This document shows, one piece after another, positions 36,721 to 48,900 of a DNA stretch of 64,000 nucleotides; the first letter of the stretch is position 1; each line of letters begins with the position of its first letter. Below the pieces are notes generated by a model that was not told the origin of the DNA, did not search any database, and saw only the letters and a list, made by a program, of their open reading frames with translations. A program made the position numbers and the translations under genes. This stretch comes from Octopus bimaculoides (Eukaryota). The DNA lies in the NCBI RefSeq assembly GCF_001194135.2, contig NC_068998.1, positions 14,543,621 through 14,607,620 of the forward strand, given 5' to 3'.

Positions 36721-36791
36721 TTTTGCAATGTATGAGAGACAATAACTAGTATAAACAGATTAAAGGCCTTATAGTATTTTGTGAAGTTCAT
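36721..36791 (-). CDS. candidate first coding exon with a signal-peptide-like sequence (partial, unconfirmed)
   Basis: ATATTTAG|AATCCAA-ATG, MNFTKYYKAFNLFILVIVSHTLQ, AA|GTAAGT; no downstream exon assigned. Confidence 0.2.
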
Positions 36792-38557
36792 TTGGATTCT
36801 AAATATAAATCTTAGCGTGGTCGACTGTACTTTCCATTGTTCTTGGTTGAATAAGTTAAGCACTAGTGTCAGTTAAGTTGTTAACGTCACATTTTGAACA
36901 TTCATAGGCATATGCCGTTCCTGCGGCATCAACATAATGAATTACCAATATCAACTGAATTATCTTTACGTCTCTCTAAAAAAGATGTGGTATTTTATCC
37001 ATGTAATAAATCTTTATTAAAAATGTAAGTCTAGTCCAGTGGTTTTGGGCGTCTTTTCCCAAACGGCACTTCGTAATCATGTAAAAATATCAGCACTCGC
37101 TTGTGAAGGAAATTTTCTATCATCGTTATGTCAAGTTAAACGGTAAGGGTTTCAGTCTAGTTCAGCCCGCCTTTCTGAAATACAGTCTAATGAAAACAGA
37201 TCTTAACTAGTTGAAGTGTGATCATGTCTTATTTGAATTACACCTCATCCTGAATAGAATGCGAATACGTTGCCCCAGGTGCTGCCGGAAATCATTTTCA
37301 GCATCGTGTAAAGAAGTGTATTATTCTGCGAGTGGCCCCCGCAAACTTCCGATCATGAACCCGGCTCTAGAATCAAGCACTTTCACATATTATTCCATAA
37401 TATTATTTAGTTACATTCTATTTCTATAACACATTAATTTTGCAATGAAACGGAAGACGTAATCTATTACATTGACACCAATTACATTATTCATAAGAAA
37501 ATTGCTTGTTAAGCTTCGGGACGGAAACGTAGACAATCTATCATAGATACATTTATATTAAGTTTTACATAGACGCATTGTTTCAAATTCATGAGAAATG
37601 ATATCAGCCCTATTAACTAAATGATACGTAAACATATCGACCCTTTCCCTTTACACTGAAGTTCAATCTTGGCCTTCAGGATATTTTAGAGTAAAACGCT
37701 GGCAAAAATACTGTAAGGAAATACTCACACATATACTATACACATGGGAATTCTGCTGACCAAGGAGAATTTATTACACTTATAGAATGAAGTGCTCATT
37801 TGAAAATATGAACTAGTCATGACTTTTATCTATAACAGGATACGTATTACATCATGATTGGAAGTAGCCCTGCTTTCCACTAATGGAAAAATATATGAAT
37901 ATTCTTTAAATCTTACGCACGTAAATCGGACTCACATGTAATTATTAACGAAGTTTAACCGGGGGCTGTATATAGTAATTCACTCGTCCTCTTCTCCTTT
38001 CCTTCAACCTTCTAGCTATGTTTCGAAGTAATGATAGTTTATCATTTATTGGTTTGCATGCTGATTTTTTTCAGGATTATATTAAATAGGTTTATTGGGA
38101 TTTTATTTTATATAAGTATGCTTTTATTTGTTTAATTCATATCGTATGCTTAATAAAATGCAACAGAATTAACACAATTTGTAGTTTAAAGTTTTACATT
38201 TCTCTCCTCTCTGTAAGTACATGTGTGGGCCTTTATACCTTATGGGTGTATAAAACACATATTTATTTAAAGGTATATGTTAGCATGTTGACATATGCGA
38301 GTGCCTATGCGCATTGTGTGTATGTGTGAGTGAAGAGAATGTGTATATGTGTGTGTGGTGAGCGTGCGCGTACGTGCACAGATGCACGCTCATGTGTGTA
38401 AGTATTTTATGTATATATTTATGATACATATGTGCATATATTAGTGTAAGTATGGGTATTTGTATGCATTGATATATATATATATATATTAATATATTGA
38501 TGTACATAGAAGTGTGCATATATGCCTCTCTCTCTCTATCTCTCTATCTATCTATCA

Positions 38558-38610
<53 letters not shown>

Positions 38611-38621
38611 GATATATATAT

Positions 38622-38652
<31 letters not shown>

Positions 38653-39377
38653 TGTGTGCTCACATTGAAGTGTTTTTTTTTATACTCGTATTATTGTGTG
38701 TATAAGTATACGATACAGACAACTGAGTTACTTTCCAGAAATGTGGACATTCTTTAAAATCCATCTGTCTCCACCTATTTTTGTATACGCTTGGTATACC
38801 GTATAAAAGTCCATGAAACTTGATATGTGTTAACTGCAGTTGTAAAAAGTATAGGAGCTTCGTTAGTCTTCTAAAGATTTCTCAGATTGGTTCTTCTTAT
38901 TTCTGCTTCATTGATGAGATGACGCGAGCTTTGGATGTAGAGGTATTAAAATCATTTAGAATTGCATAATAAAAAGGTACGCAAATAAGGAATCTTATGA
39001 AAATATGTAAATTGCTATGTGTATATGTTATAGCTTAAACTGTAACTGATGCAAATGAGAGTGTGCATATATGTTTACTATAGATTTAGAGATGTAGTGT
39101 TAGAGAGAAATATGCTATATTGAGCTCTAACGTAATTGATTATTTGCTGTGATACTCAGCGCTTTATATCGTAATATATAAAGATACGTATATATGTAAA
39201 TGCCCACATGCATGCACACATACAAACGCACAAACATACGTACGCACACCCGCGCGTGCATACACACACACACACACACACGTACACACACCTCGATATA
39301 CAATCACACGTACAAACGCGTACAAGTCTCATATTCTGACAAATCGAAAAATGCATATGCTTGTCTATCTCCGTTTC

Positions 39378-39445
<68 letters not shown>

Positions 39446-39689
39446 ATCCACAAGTCACGGCTTAGTTACTATACTTCGTTTATTTAGATTACATTGATGC
39501 ACAGCATTTTGAAAGTTGGGAAATCTATACGGATATAATGTGTTAACCCTACAAAATATGATTAAAAGTAAATTATATTTCCAATTTCGTTCCATCATTT
39601 ATTTGTTTTGTTTTAGTTTTAAAACTTAATATAATACGTCGTAATCCTTAAGTTAAGGAAGGTGATATATATACGAGAGTGAAAACATG

Positions 39690-39885
39690 GCAGGCTGGCA
39701 GAATCGATAATGAGCCGGTCAAAATGCTTAGCGTGTGTACGTTCTGATCTCAAATGCCAGCGGAGTCGACTTTGCGTTTCATCGGCGGATTCGATTAAAT
39801 AAGTCCCAGCTGAGTGCTAGAGTCAATGACATCGACTTACACCCTCACCCAAAATTGCTGGTTCTGTGCCAAATTTGAAATCAAA
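39690..39885 (+). mobile_element. SINE family A
   Basis: CTGGCAGAATCG..GAGTCGACTTTGCGTTTCATC..AATCGACTTAC-like tail CCAAAATTGCTGG. Confidence 0.75.
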
Positions 39886-40199
39886 TGTATGACAATGAAT
39901 ATAGTTTTGTAGTTGTAATGCACCTTGGGCGTTAATTTGTGCAACTTCTTCAGAAAAAGGCAATTAAGAAACCAACTAATCCTCCCTGGCTTGCAATCAG
40001 CTTCCAACATTCTAATAATTTTCTAATTTACTGTGGAAATATTCATGTCTTCTCCTTACATAGTGTAATGACTTACAGTAGTAAAACTATGTTCTTCAAC
40101 AATAAAATTCAGTTTTCTACTACATCAAAAGAAATCTATAATTGAGTTCTATATTGCAAAGGCCGAACGTTTTCATTAAGACACTGTCTGAACTGGATA

Positions 40200-40238
40200 A
40201 CTCACACACGCGCGCGCGCGGACACACACACACACACA

Positions 40239-40328
<90 letters not shown>
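40200..40328. repeat. (CA)n microsatellite with a (CG)n insert
   Basis: Direct reading. Confidence 0.95.
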
Positions 40329-40330
<2 letters not shown>

Positions 40331-41696
40331 TTTAACAAAGTTACACATTTAGAAATAGAATTTTCACGAATTTAAGGCTGTTCGTATTCCCTTAAGATAT
40401 TATACACCTGTCACGATTTCTTTGATGTTGGAATAGGACCATTTGCATATGATGTTATGCACAGATGGTCGTGATACACTGCCAAAAATTGGCCGAAATT
40501 ATTTATGACTTTAAAGACACGATCTATTGTGTGCACGCGTGAAAAGAATTTTTCTATGTGTTGAGGACAACTTTGCATCAAACTGCAACTTAATAGTAGC
40601 CTACATTCAAACTATGTCGGTTTTCTGTGTCATAAAAGATTGTTCCTTCTGAATTTATTTTGGTTCTCTAATATTTGAGATAACAAATTTTATAGAGCAC
40701 CGTTCGAAACTACGTGTGTCATTTAATTACGTCCCTTTTACGTTCTACGTTCAATTTGTTTCGTTGTTTTCAATCCTTGAAACCTGATATATGTATCTGT
40801 CGGGAACTAAGATGGAAATATTTTTATTGGCTTAGTATGGTAGAAGTCCAGAGTCTTCATGCTCCCCTCTTAAAACCGATGAAGTTGTCAATTTAATGTT
40901 GTTGTTTTTTTCCTGTAGTTGTAAGTCGACCGCTGAAGATATCAACTAATGTGCAAGGAAGAAAAGATTTCCTAACACTCAACGTTCGGTACAAAAAGGA
41001 ATGGTTGAAGTGATTGTTAAAGAAGTTGGAAGAGGCGAATAAGACCTAATTGCTGGAATGGAGGTTCACAGGTCAGTCAGTTACGCGGAGCAGAATCAGT
41101 GCTGCTGTCACGTTAACAAATGCGTAGTGTGGACACAGCACATCAGTGACCCAGAGATTAAAGTGTAATTGTAAGACAGTTGTTGTTTAATAGTAGAGTA
41201 CTATTCTTTCAATGTGGTTTGTGACATCTGTATATTTAGTAGTAGCACAGTCATGTGTTATGATTTCCCTATGATAGTAATAAGATTTAAGTACGTTGAA
41301 ATACGGTTTACTAATGTACGAACAAGATTTAGATATATAGTAATATGATTTAACTGTATAGTAATATGATTTAAATATGTGGTTATATTTTCGTTTGTAG
41401 GAAATGTTTTCAAATTGCGCACTGTGAACAATGTGAATATTACATTCCAGCAAAGAAATAATTTTATCTGGTTTGAATGCATTTTATTCTTTGGTTTTTG
41501 GCTTAGATAAAACCAGCTGCTTTTAGTGGCTAAACAAATATGAAAAGTATTTAAATATATTTCGGTGTTGAACTTGTATCGAAAAACCGTTTATCGAAAC
41601 CAATCAGTTACATCATAGAAGAGCCGTGTGTGTATGTATGTATGTATGTATGTATGTATGTATGCATGTCTGTATGTATGTATGCATGCATGGATG

Positions 41697-41730
<34 letters not shown>

Positions 41731-42121
41731 TGTGTGCGTTTGTATATNNNNNNNNNNNNNNNNNNNNNNNNNNNNNNNNNNNNNNNNNNNNNNNNNNNNN
41801 NNNNNNNNNNNNNNNNNNNNNNNNNNNNNNNNNNNNNNNNNNNNNNNNNNNNNNNNNNNNNNNNNNNNNNNNNNNNNNNNNNNNNNNNNNNNNNNNNNNN
41901 NNNNNNNNNNNNNNNNNNNNNNNNNNNNNNNNNNNNNNNNNNNNNNNNNNNNNNNNNNNNNNNNNNNNNNNNNNNNNNTTTTTTTTTTTTTTACCATAAA
42001 AGAGATTCTTTTTCCAAGGTAACTGCAGTGTATTTGCCTTTAGCATTTGAAATATGTGACAAACATATTTCAACTAAACTAAATTGTAATAATACGTAAA
42101 CACTGCTTGTCGCCATTACTC

Positions 42122-42171
<50 letters not shown>

Positions 42172-42708
42172 GTATGTATGTATGTATGTATGTATGTAAT
42201 CAATCAGTTTCATTTCTGTATTTCTTGTTATAAATATGTATTTATGTGCTAAATTTTTGGAAAGTTTTACATATCTTTACAGTCCCATTGATGGCTTGAA
42301 TCTGTAGTCTTCTAATGTATGTATGTATATATGTATGTATGTATGTATATATGTGTGTATGTATGTATGTATAAGGTAAATAAGACGAGATAGAAAATGT
42401 CAAAATAATTTGATCATGAAATACATTTTGTAACGGTTAGTACCGGTTTCAGTCTTTTCCACTTCCTCATCTAAGGGTAAAACTAAGGTGGATATTAATT
42501 GAGAAGAAAAACAATTAAATTCAAGAAAAAATTAAACGAAATGTTTTGTAAATATTTCCATAGTCTTCAAATAAGTAGGACATTTTCTTTCTTTCTGTTT
42601 CTCTCTCTCACTTTTCCTTTGTGAAGATTCGGTAGGTAGTAGCAGATCTGAAAAATTAGTGTTTATGGGTTCAGAGAAATATTTGGTTCAGTAGGTGAGG
42701 AAGGAGGA

Positions 42709-42825
42709 GAAGAAGAAGAAGAAGAAGAAGAAGAAGAAGAAGAAGAAGAAGAAGAAGAAGAAGAAGAAGAAGAAGAAGAAGAAGAAGAAGAAGAAGAAGA
42801 AGAAGAAGAAGAAGAAGAAGAAGAA
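42709..42825. repeat. (GAA)n pure trinucleotide tract
   Basis: Direct reading, about 39 units. Confidence 0.97.
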
Positions 42826-42989
42826 CGGAGTGGTATGACACAGCAGTAGAGGCTGTTCGTAGAATCTTCTTTAATGGTCAACTGACCCAGAAGTACCCTG
42901 TTGTGGTTGTAGCTGTAGTGGTATGAACTTTTCTAAATAAATTCATGGTTAGCGATTGTTCTAAATATATCTATCGTTTTTAATATTTG

Positions 42990-43555
42990 CGTGAGTATTA
43001 TTCTAAGATTGTGTTATCTGTGGTGGAAGCATTGAAAGGAGGTTTATATTTTCCGATAAAATATGATTCCTTGCTAATGCGCTGATTATGTGTTGTTTTG
43101 TTCCTGAATTTATTGAGGGGAAAAGTTCTCAAGTTGTGTTGTTCATTAGTGGAGCAAATGTCGATGCGTTCACTTAATGCTATTTTTCTATATTCCCTTA
43201 TTTTAATCTGGGATTCATGTTCGGTCATTCTCTGGCGTAGACTGTTTCTATTTTGACCAATGTATTGTTCTCTACACCCTGAGTAAGTTAACAATTATAT
43301 CAGGTTTTGTGAAGCACATGTGAAGTTGGTTTTCGCTGTAAAACGTTGACCCTGTTTGAAGAACTCCGACCCTTCAATTAGGTTGACGCATATACCGAAT
43401 TTTTTTTAATGTCGGTTTCGATGTTGTTGACGAGTGTACATGGACTTGTCTTAGAATATTTTTCATTGACTTGGGTTGTTTTTTGCTCTTTATGATGGTG
43501 TGCGTTTGGAGCATTTGATTCATTCTATGGTCCCTTTTTAGGGACCATTTTTGTA
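42990..43555 (-). mobile_element. Penelope-like element GIY-YIG endonuclease fragment
   Basis: LLTYSGCREQYIGQNRNSLRQRMTEH..LSERIDICS..QRISKESYFIGKYKPPFN; upstream IIKSKKQPKSMKNIL matches the PLE pre-endonuclease linker. Confidence 0.9.
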
Positions 43556-43576
43556 TGTTATATATATATATATATA

Positions 43577-43805
43577 CTGGGTTGTCCGGAAAGTTCGTGC
43601 CGATATTTAAAGGAAAGAAAAAAGTCAATAAATGCTTGCCCTTACATTTTTAATCAACCAAATATGAACCATTTTGTTGCACAATGCGTCTCCATCTTTC
43701 CTTTAACTTGAAAATACCCTCTTCCCAGAATTGAGGTGGCTTCATGGCAAATAAGTCGAAAGGTAAGCTACTATAAATCGGCGCGAACTTTTCCGGACAA
43801 CCCAA
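43577..43805 (-). mobile_element. 229-bp mariner-derived MITE with about 30-bp TIRs and TA target duplication
   Basis: TA-CTGGGTTGTCCGGAAAGTTCGTGCCGAT...ATCGGCGCGAACTTTTCCGGACAACCCAA-TA; interior encodes FAMKPPQFWEEGIFKLKERWRRIVQQNGSY (mariner transposase C-terminus). Confidence 0.92.
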
Positions 43806-43966
43806 TATATATATATATGAATTTGTGTTGGAAGATTTCTGATGTGAAACCGTGTGTTGAAACATATATTGTTATATTTCGGGATGGTAATTTTAAACAC
43901 ACGGTCTATATATTCGTTCTTCACCAGTTTATTATTGTTCTTAATTTATGTATGTANNNNNNNNNN

Positions 43967-44012
<46 letters not shown>

Positions 44013-45383
44013 GCATACACATATATGTGTTTGCGCCTGTGTGTGTTGGTCTGTATTTGTGTGAGCGTGTGTGTGTATCTGTGTGCCTGCCTGGCTGTAT
44101 TCGTGCCTCTCTGTGTGTTTCCGCATTAATCGCTTCACTTAAAACCTAATGGGCGCGATGCATCCTGCATGTGATATCATTTTATGCATATTAATAATTG
44201 ATTCAACGTCAACAGCTGTGAAATGTCTTTCATTTTTTTAAATTTCTCTTTCGTTCTTTATAGATCTGTAGTCTGTGGACTACATACTGAAACAAATATT
44301 CCTAACTGTACCAAATCATTCTATAATGAAACCTTCAACTGCGACGTTTTTATTTCTACCTCAATAGGTTTGTTATTGGAAATTCATATAGAATTTATAT
44401 TTATTTACAATACAAATCGCCGATCTTTATATTCGTTGTTTATTTTATCAGTGATACAACAAAGTGAAATATTATCCTCCGTCGGAATTGCGTCGATATA
44501 AAACATGCAATAATCAATAATATCTTAAAATTGAATCACGGTTTATTAAATTGTCACAAATGTTGCCAAAGGCTCCTATTACATGTAACCGATATTGAAC
44601 AGAAAATTTGATTAAAAATAATATATAACCTCGCAAAGCATTCACAGCTACAGATACGTTAGACAGACAGACAGACACATACGCTCAGCCACATATTGAT
44701 TCTTGCGTAGATATGCATGTATGCATTTTTATCATAAAAGCGATTAAAACATCCACCTTATGGAGAATATCATGCTTGGCTGTGTCTGACGTATTTAATT
44801 TTGGAAAAATTGTTTGAGCATCAGCAATCAAATAAGACTGCTAATAAAGGAGCCAGTATCTTTGCGGTGAAGTAATGTAGCATAGAGATTTCGTATTCAG
44901 TAATTTATATACACATGAAACCAAAAGTACACGAAACACTCATTAACTACACAAAGGCCCCTTTAACTTCAGTGTCTGGTACAGAGGTTTGGCGTACTCA
45001 TGGAAGTCAACGACTTACATTTAGATAAAGAATTATGAATAGTTAAAGGAAAAAAAGCATAGTTTAAGATTATGGACGAATGTGCGTACAAACACACGCT
45101 CAAACACACATATATATGTAAATATATGTATACATATATGTATATATGTGTTTGTGTGTGTATGTGTGTGTGTCTATGAACACACACATATATATATGTA
45201 TATATAAGAAATAATTAAGATTCAGTTCAATTAGGTACTTAAATTGAGGTATTAAGCCAGTTCGGTATAGTCCGTGGAGCTCGAATTTAGATGAATAAAA
45301 AGCAAATAAGTAACAAGGATGTCCAGGTATCAGTGCATCACGGCCCTTTCATTTAATCGATCAATGACAACATTACACTCATT

Positions 45384-45656
45384 TCAGTCCTATATTTCAG
45401 AGATGAGGAATTATGTACATTATTTACATTATTTACATTATTTACATTCGACGGATATCTGTCCTCATCTTGTTTTTTGCTAACACAACGTTTCGGCTGA
45501 TATACGCTCCAGCCTGATATACCCTCCAGCCTGATATACCCTCCAGAAGGTTGGAGGGTATATCAGCCGAAACGTTGTGTTAACAACAAACAAAATGAGG
45601 ACAAATATCCGTCGAATTTAAATAATGTAAATAATTACATCTATTTGAAATAAACT
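45384..45656. mobile_element. palindrome made of two outward-facing PLE-type termini (family P3)
   Basis: 45384-45514 and 45548-45656 are reverse complements; both match 54391-54504; centre has three CTGATATACCCTCCAGC-like 17-mers. Confidence 0.85.
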
Positions 45657-46352
45657 GCTCTCCTCGGAGCAGACGACCATATAAATTTCCAACATAAAGA
45701 ATAACCATTATTTTTAAGCAAAATTTCATCAGTACAAGAGATTAAAATAATTACATTGTTTCAATTTACTATGTTTGTGGCAGAATAAATTTAGGGAAAA
45801 ATGTATACCTAAAGTCTACTACAATTTAGTGGGGCAGAGGAAAATAATGGGGTCAGGGGTCAAGAAAGAGGAATGGTAATATAGCTACATTCGTATTTAT
45901 CTTTATCACATTCATAAGACTTAATGCAGCCTGTTGTCTGCAACTCCTTAGAATTAAGTTCATTGGGAACTGACAGATAAGTTCTTGTTGGTGTTGTTAA
46001 ATTAATTAATGTCAGATACTCTCCCTGGCCCCTATTTTACTGGGAGCATATAGGCAGCCTTATCTACATAAGAGAAAATATCTCAGAGTTGCTAGTAAGA
46101 CAATGACAGAAAAGAGGTGATAACCAGAAAGAGGAAGGATAGGGGTGGCTACACATATTTACTGAGTGTCACTGTAAATGATTCTCTTTCAAATTGGTGT
46201 TTTAAAGAAACATACACACATGCGTACACACACACATGCACACACATATATTCATATATATACATACATACATATGTGTGTGAGTGTGTGTATAGGCACA
46301 TACACACATATATACACACACATACACACATGTTTGTATATATATATATATA

Positions 46353-46538
46353 GGCGCAGGAGTGGCTGTGTGGTAAGTAGCTTACTTACCAACCACATGG
46401 TTCCGGGTTCAGTCCCACTGCGTGGCACCTTGGGTAAGTGTCTTCTACTATAGCCTCGGGCCGACCAAAGCCTTGTGAGTGGATTTGGTAAACGGAAACT
46501 GAAAGAAGCCCGTCGCATATATGTATATATATATATAC

Positions 46539-46580
<42 letters not shown>

Positions 46581-46762
46581 GTGTCTGTATTTGTCCCCCC
46601 ACCATTGCTTGACAACCGATGGTGGTGTGTTTACGTCCCCGTAACTTAGAATAAGTACTAGGCTTCCAAAGAATAAGTCCTGGGGTCAATTTGCTCGACT
46701 AAAGTCGGTGCCCCAGCATGGCCGCAGTCAAATGACTGAAATAAATAAAAGAAAGAAAAGAA
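46353..46762 (+). mobile_element. composite SINE family B, best-preserved copy
   Basis: GGCGCAGGAGTGGCTGTGTGGTAAG (A-box-like), GGTTCAGTCCC (B-box-like), GGCACCTTGGGTAAGTGTC core, (TA)n(TG)n at 46517-46577, tail ending AATGACTGAAATAAATAAAAG. Confidence 0.92.
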
Positions 46763-47777
46763 TATGTATGCGTGTGTTTTCATGGTATCTCACGTCGTTT
46801 TCTTATCTTCAAATGAGAAACGGACGCGTCTTCTGTTCTTTTGTCCTTCATTAAAACTTCTTCCTTGTTTCCATTCCTCTAATTATATTCTTTTTATAGA
46901 CAAACATTCACACGTTTCTAATTGCTATTCATTTCACTCTTTTGCATCAAATGTCATCCTTTGTTTCAATTTCTCTTATATTTTGCCATTCTAACGTATG
47001 CATATTAATTTTCTCCTGCAATCTCGAAATCCCTGTTTCCTCCTCTCTTTCTCATAAATCTTTTTTATTTGTCTCAGCTGGTCTTTGTCTGTTTGTCTGT
47101 CTGTCTCTGTCTGTCTTTGTCTGCCTGTCTCTGTGTGTTTTTTTCTCTCTCTCTCTGTCTGTCTCTCTCTCTGTGTCTGTCTCTCTCTCTCTGTCTCTCT
47201 ATCTCTGTCTTTTTTCTTTCTCGCTCTTTGTATTTCTCTCTGTATTTTTCCTTCTCACTTTCTGTTTTTTTAATTTTTACATCACTAATTCCCTAAGTCC
47301 TCACTTCACTCCAGGACCAATAACAAATTCTAACCCCAACTATTAACATACGCCAGTAAACAATATAGAGGAAGTTATTTTGTGTAACAATGCTATTGTT
47401 CTAATCAAATTTAGCTTGGTCATCGAATGGAATATTTACCCAAGCTGATAGTCTGTATCGTCAATCTTCATTATAGATCTCTTTAGGGGAAAAGTTTAGT
47501 GTACAGATTTCTGTCCATTTTCTCTATGTATCTGTTTCCCTATGATTGTATGAGTATATGAGTATATGTATATACGCGTGTGATTATTTCGTTACAACTT
47601 TTAAACTCTATCTGATTGCAAGTAGCAAATCACGCCGGCTTGAAATAGCAGCTTTCATTGCTTTTGGTGATTTCGGATTATAAAAATAGCTGCTCCTGGT
47701 ATATTTGTCAAACGATTTAATCTTTGTTATGATATCGGCAATTGGTTGTCCATTGAGAACGGTGAGAGTGAAGAGTG

Positions 47778-47829
<52 letters not shown>

Positions 47830-48699
47830 CACTGGGTGCAGAGAACATAAACTACAAGAGATTAGTTTCGGAAACGTCGCTTTGTAGATTCTCTGGGACG
47901 TCTACATCTTCCGACGGCATATGTTAGTAACAAATCTACACAAACATAGAAACTAAATTGATATTCTTGGTTGCTACGATCAGTATTCCAGTTTTACGAT
48001 GAAATGAATCATATACTTATTGGATTATCGTGAGAGTGAGTAATCGACATTTATGAAGCTTGGTACAGTTTATATATGACAAATCCCGCCGTTTTGAATT
48101 ATCGCGAAAGTCAATACAACGATCTTCCAACGAGGTTTTGTTTACACAATTTCAGTGAGTTGAGCGATCCGTAGCTATGGTGAATGCTTATTGTAGAAAA
48201 TGACAGGCAGTGCAATTGAATAGTGCGTGGGTGTGGGGACTCAAAACTACGAAGACAATTTATTCTACCCACCATTATTATGTCAGTGCCCATACACGCG
48301 CATACACATGCATGCACTCACTCCGGTCATTAAGAAATGTGGAGCTAAGACGAGTGATTGTTAAATATAACAAATTCAACTAAAAGTGTTGAATACTACA
48401 GTCTGCTCAATTATAACTGGTTTAGTCAGCTAAAAAAAAAACAAAAAAACAAGATGTTAATGAAGGAACTTCTACGTAACCGTACAACCCGTTAAAAATA
48501 ATAGGTGATTCTGCCCTAAAATCACACCCTACCGTCTTAAATAGAAAAAAAGGCCAATTTAGATGGCGACGTCGTAGACAAGAATATAAGCACTGGCCAA
48601 TCACATATAGAATCCTATTGATTATTGGTCTGTTTCAATAATCTTAATCTTCGGCTAAAGAACAATCGCAATAACATTCATAGCAAATGTCTCCGTTGT

Positions 48700-48900
48700 C
48701 ACTTGACGTAGTAAAAGCTGTTTGAAAGTTTTGGCACAGCGCCAGCAATTTCAGGATCGGGAATAAATCTATTACATCGATTGTAGTGTTTAACTGGTAC
48801 TTATATTATATACCTTTAAAGAATGAAAGGCCAAGTCTAAATAGGCAGAATTCGAACTCAGTACTTAAAGTTCGAAGTAGCTAACGACGCTGCCAGCTTT
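48700..48900 (-). mobile_element. SINE family A, degenerate
   Basis: GGCACAGCGCCAGCAATTTC, ATGAAAGGCCAAGTC, GAATTCGAACTCAG. Confidence 0.7.

Noticed and set aside
47608-47770. Minus ORF VLNGQPIADIITKIKSFDKY...
   Set aside because: Starts within a CA repeat, no splice acceptor, no recognised homology.
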